The notes beneath the pieces were generated by a model. That model saw only the letters and a program-made list of their open reading frames with translations. It was not told where the DNA came from and made no database searches. From Squalus acanthias (lineage: Eukaryota), in assembly GCA_030390025.1 (NCBI GenBank), contig CM059438.1, positions 55,058,001 through 55,122,000 of the forward strand: a DNA stretch of 64,000 nt. The letters are read 5' to 3'. Below, piece by piece: positions 62,718 through 64,000 of the stretch (its first letter is position 1; the number at the start of each line of letters is the position of its first letter). A program made the position numbers and the translations under genes.

Positions 62718-62913
62718 TCCACTCTTCCGTCTGTGGACAAATTTCCAGCACCTTCCCTTTAAGGAGAAGGGGGCGGGGCCTCAGGTTTGACCCAGAGAAT
62801 TCTGGGAGCTTTTCAGTCTGCCATTTTTGCCATGCTGTGATTAAAAAGTCTCTTGTTTAACACAAATGGATTCAGCCTTAATTCGTGTTTCGCGGCAGCC
62901 TCAACAGAGTATT

Positions 62914-63647
62914 GGCCCAAAAATTCGTGAGGAAGCCTTCGTGCGAGGGTAAGACCTCCCCGCGATCTCTCACTGCGCGTTGGCTTTTTCAGTTCCAGCT
63001 CGCACGAACTTGATGTTCTGGACAGCTGCTGTGCTGGGCTTGCGTATCCCACACGCGCAGTTAATTCGTGCGAGCTGTGGGATCACGTGACTCAGTTAGA
63101 GCCAATGGCAGCACACCATCTTCCATTCATAACTTTCACATAAGTGCTGTGAAAAATACTATACCCCCCAAAAGAACAGCTAAACCTCAATTAAATTCAA
63201 AAAAAACATCACATTAATAAAATAAGTATAGTTAAATAAATTAACCATTTTAAATAAAAAATTAAATTTTTGAAAAAATTTAAAATCTTTTAAAAAGTTA
63301 TAAAAATAAACTTACCTGTCTTTAAAGTCTCTAAAAAAGATATACCTGTTAAAAAAAATTCAAAATAATACTTAATTCACTACTTACCTTGTTAAAAGTG
63401 GGTCTTACTCCTCCTTTTTTTATGTGTAAAATCTTCCATACTTACCTGCGCGTTGAAACCACTAAGTGCACTGCATGCGCGCAGCCTGTAGCGCGCACGC
63501 GGTTCACTTAGGAACCGCCCCCTTTTCCATTCACCAAGTGCCGGTTTTCAGCGCATGCGCAGTGCATGCAGAAAACCGGCAATTGGAGACAGAATACGCG
63601 AGAGTACACAGTGCGTACTCTCGCGTATCAACACAAATTTTTGGGCC
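62914..63647. mobile_element. Harbinger-type MITE (family IV)
   Basis: TIR GGCCCAAAAATT(C/T)GTG, ATT TSD. Confidence 0.9.
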
Positions 63648-64000
63648 ATTATTTAAATGGTGATAGATTGGGAAATGTTTATGTACAAAGAGACCTGGGT
63701 GTCCTTTTGCACCAGTCACTGAAACCAAACAAGCAGGTGCAGCAAGCAGTTACGAAGGCAAATGGTATGTTGGCCTTCATTGCAAGAGGATTTGAGTACA
63801 GGAGCACGGATGTCTTACTACAGTTATACAGGGCCTTGGTGAGACCACACCTGGAGTACTGTGTGCAGTTTTGGTCTCCTTACCTAAGAAAGGATATACT
63901 TACCATAGAGGGAGTGCAGCGAAGGTTCACCAGATTGATTCCTGGGATGGCAGGACTGTCGGATGAGGAGAGATCGGGTCGAATAGGCCTGTATTCACTA

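Larger units (their letters stand above)
58578..62906 (+). mobile_element. Full-length Ty3/Gypsy LTR retrotransposon, CsRn1-clade-like
   Basis: TG...CA LTRs at 58578-58813 and 62687-62906, 4-bp TSD GAGT, PBS, polypurine tract at 62676-62683. Confidence 0.96.
57563..64000 (+). mobile_element. CR1 ORF2 region interrupted by a Gypsy element and a MITE
   Basis: Host reads GGCAGAGT|ATT|ATTTAAATGG after both inserts are removed. Confidence 0.87.

Noticed and set aside
38535..64000. Upstream hexokinase exon (LGFTFSFP motif)
   Set aside because: Not found by eye; presumed to lie right of the window

Overview
Vertebrate genomic DNA, most likely from a cartilaginous fish (inferred from the CR1, DeuSINE and Penelope repeat make-up). 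The window lies inside a minus-strand hexokinase gene, best match HKDC1-like. Five C-terminal-domain exons (96, 100, 184, 156 and 234 bp, equivalent to exons 13-17) have canonical GT-AG ends and splice in frame; the flanking exons were not found in the window. The introns are almost entirely nested transposons: many CR1 LINEs (two with their 5' ends), a decayed two-gene Harbinger transposon, at least four families of Harbinger-type MITEs with 3-bp TSDs, an intact CsRn1-like Gypsy element, a Penelope-type fragment with a minimal hammerhead ribozyme, SINEs and four minisatellites. The main candidate for an undescribed system is a second APE-RT LINE family (best copy 51055-54252, minus strand). 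It has a tRNA-type B-box head, a hairpin-rich leader, no ORF1, no in-frame AUG before the endonuclease, and no TTTT run on its 3.2-kb sense strand. This suggests a protein-coding retrotransposon transcribed by RNA polymerase III. A short head+tail non-autonomous derivative is also present. A duplicated splice acceptor creates a candidate stop-containing poison exon in the hexokinase gene. All alignments and scans were done by eye and need computational confirmation.
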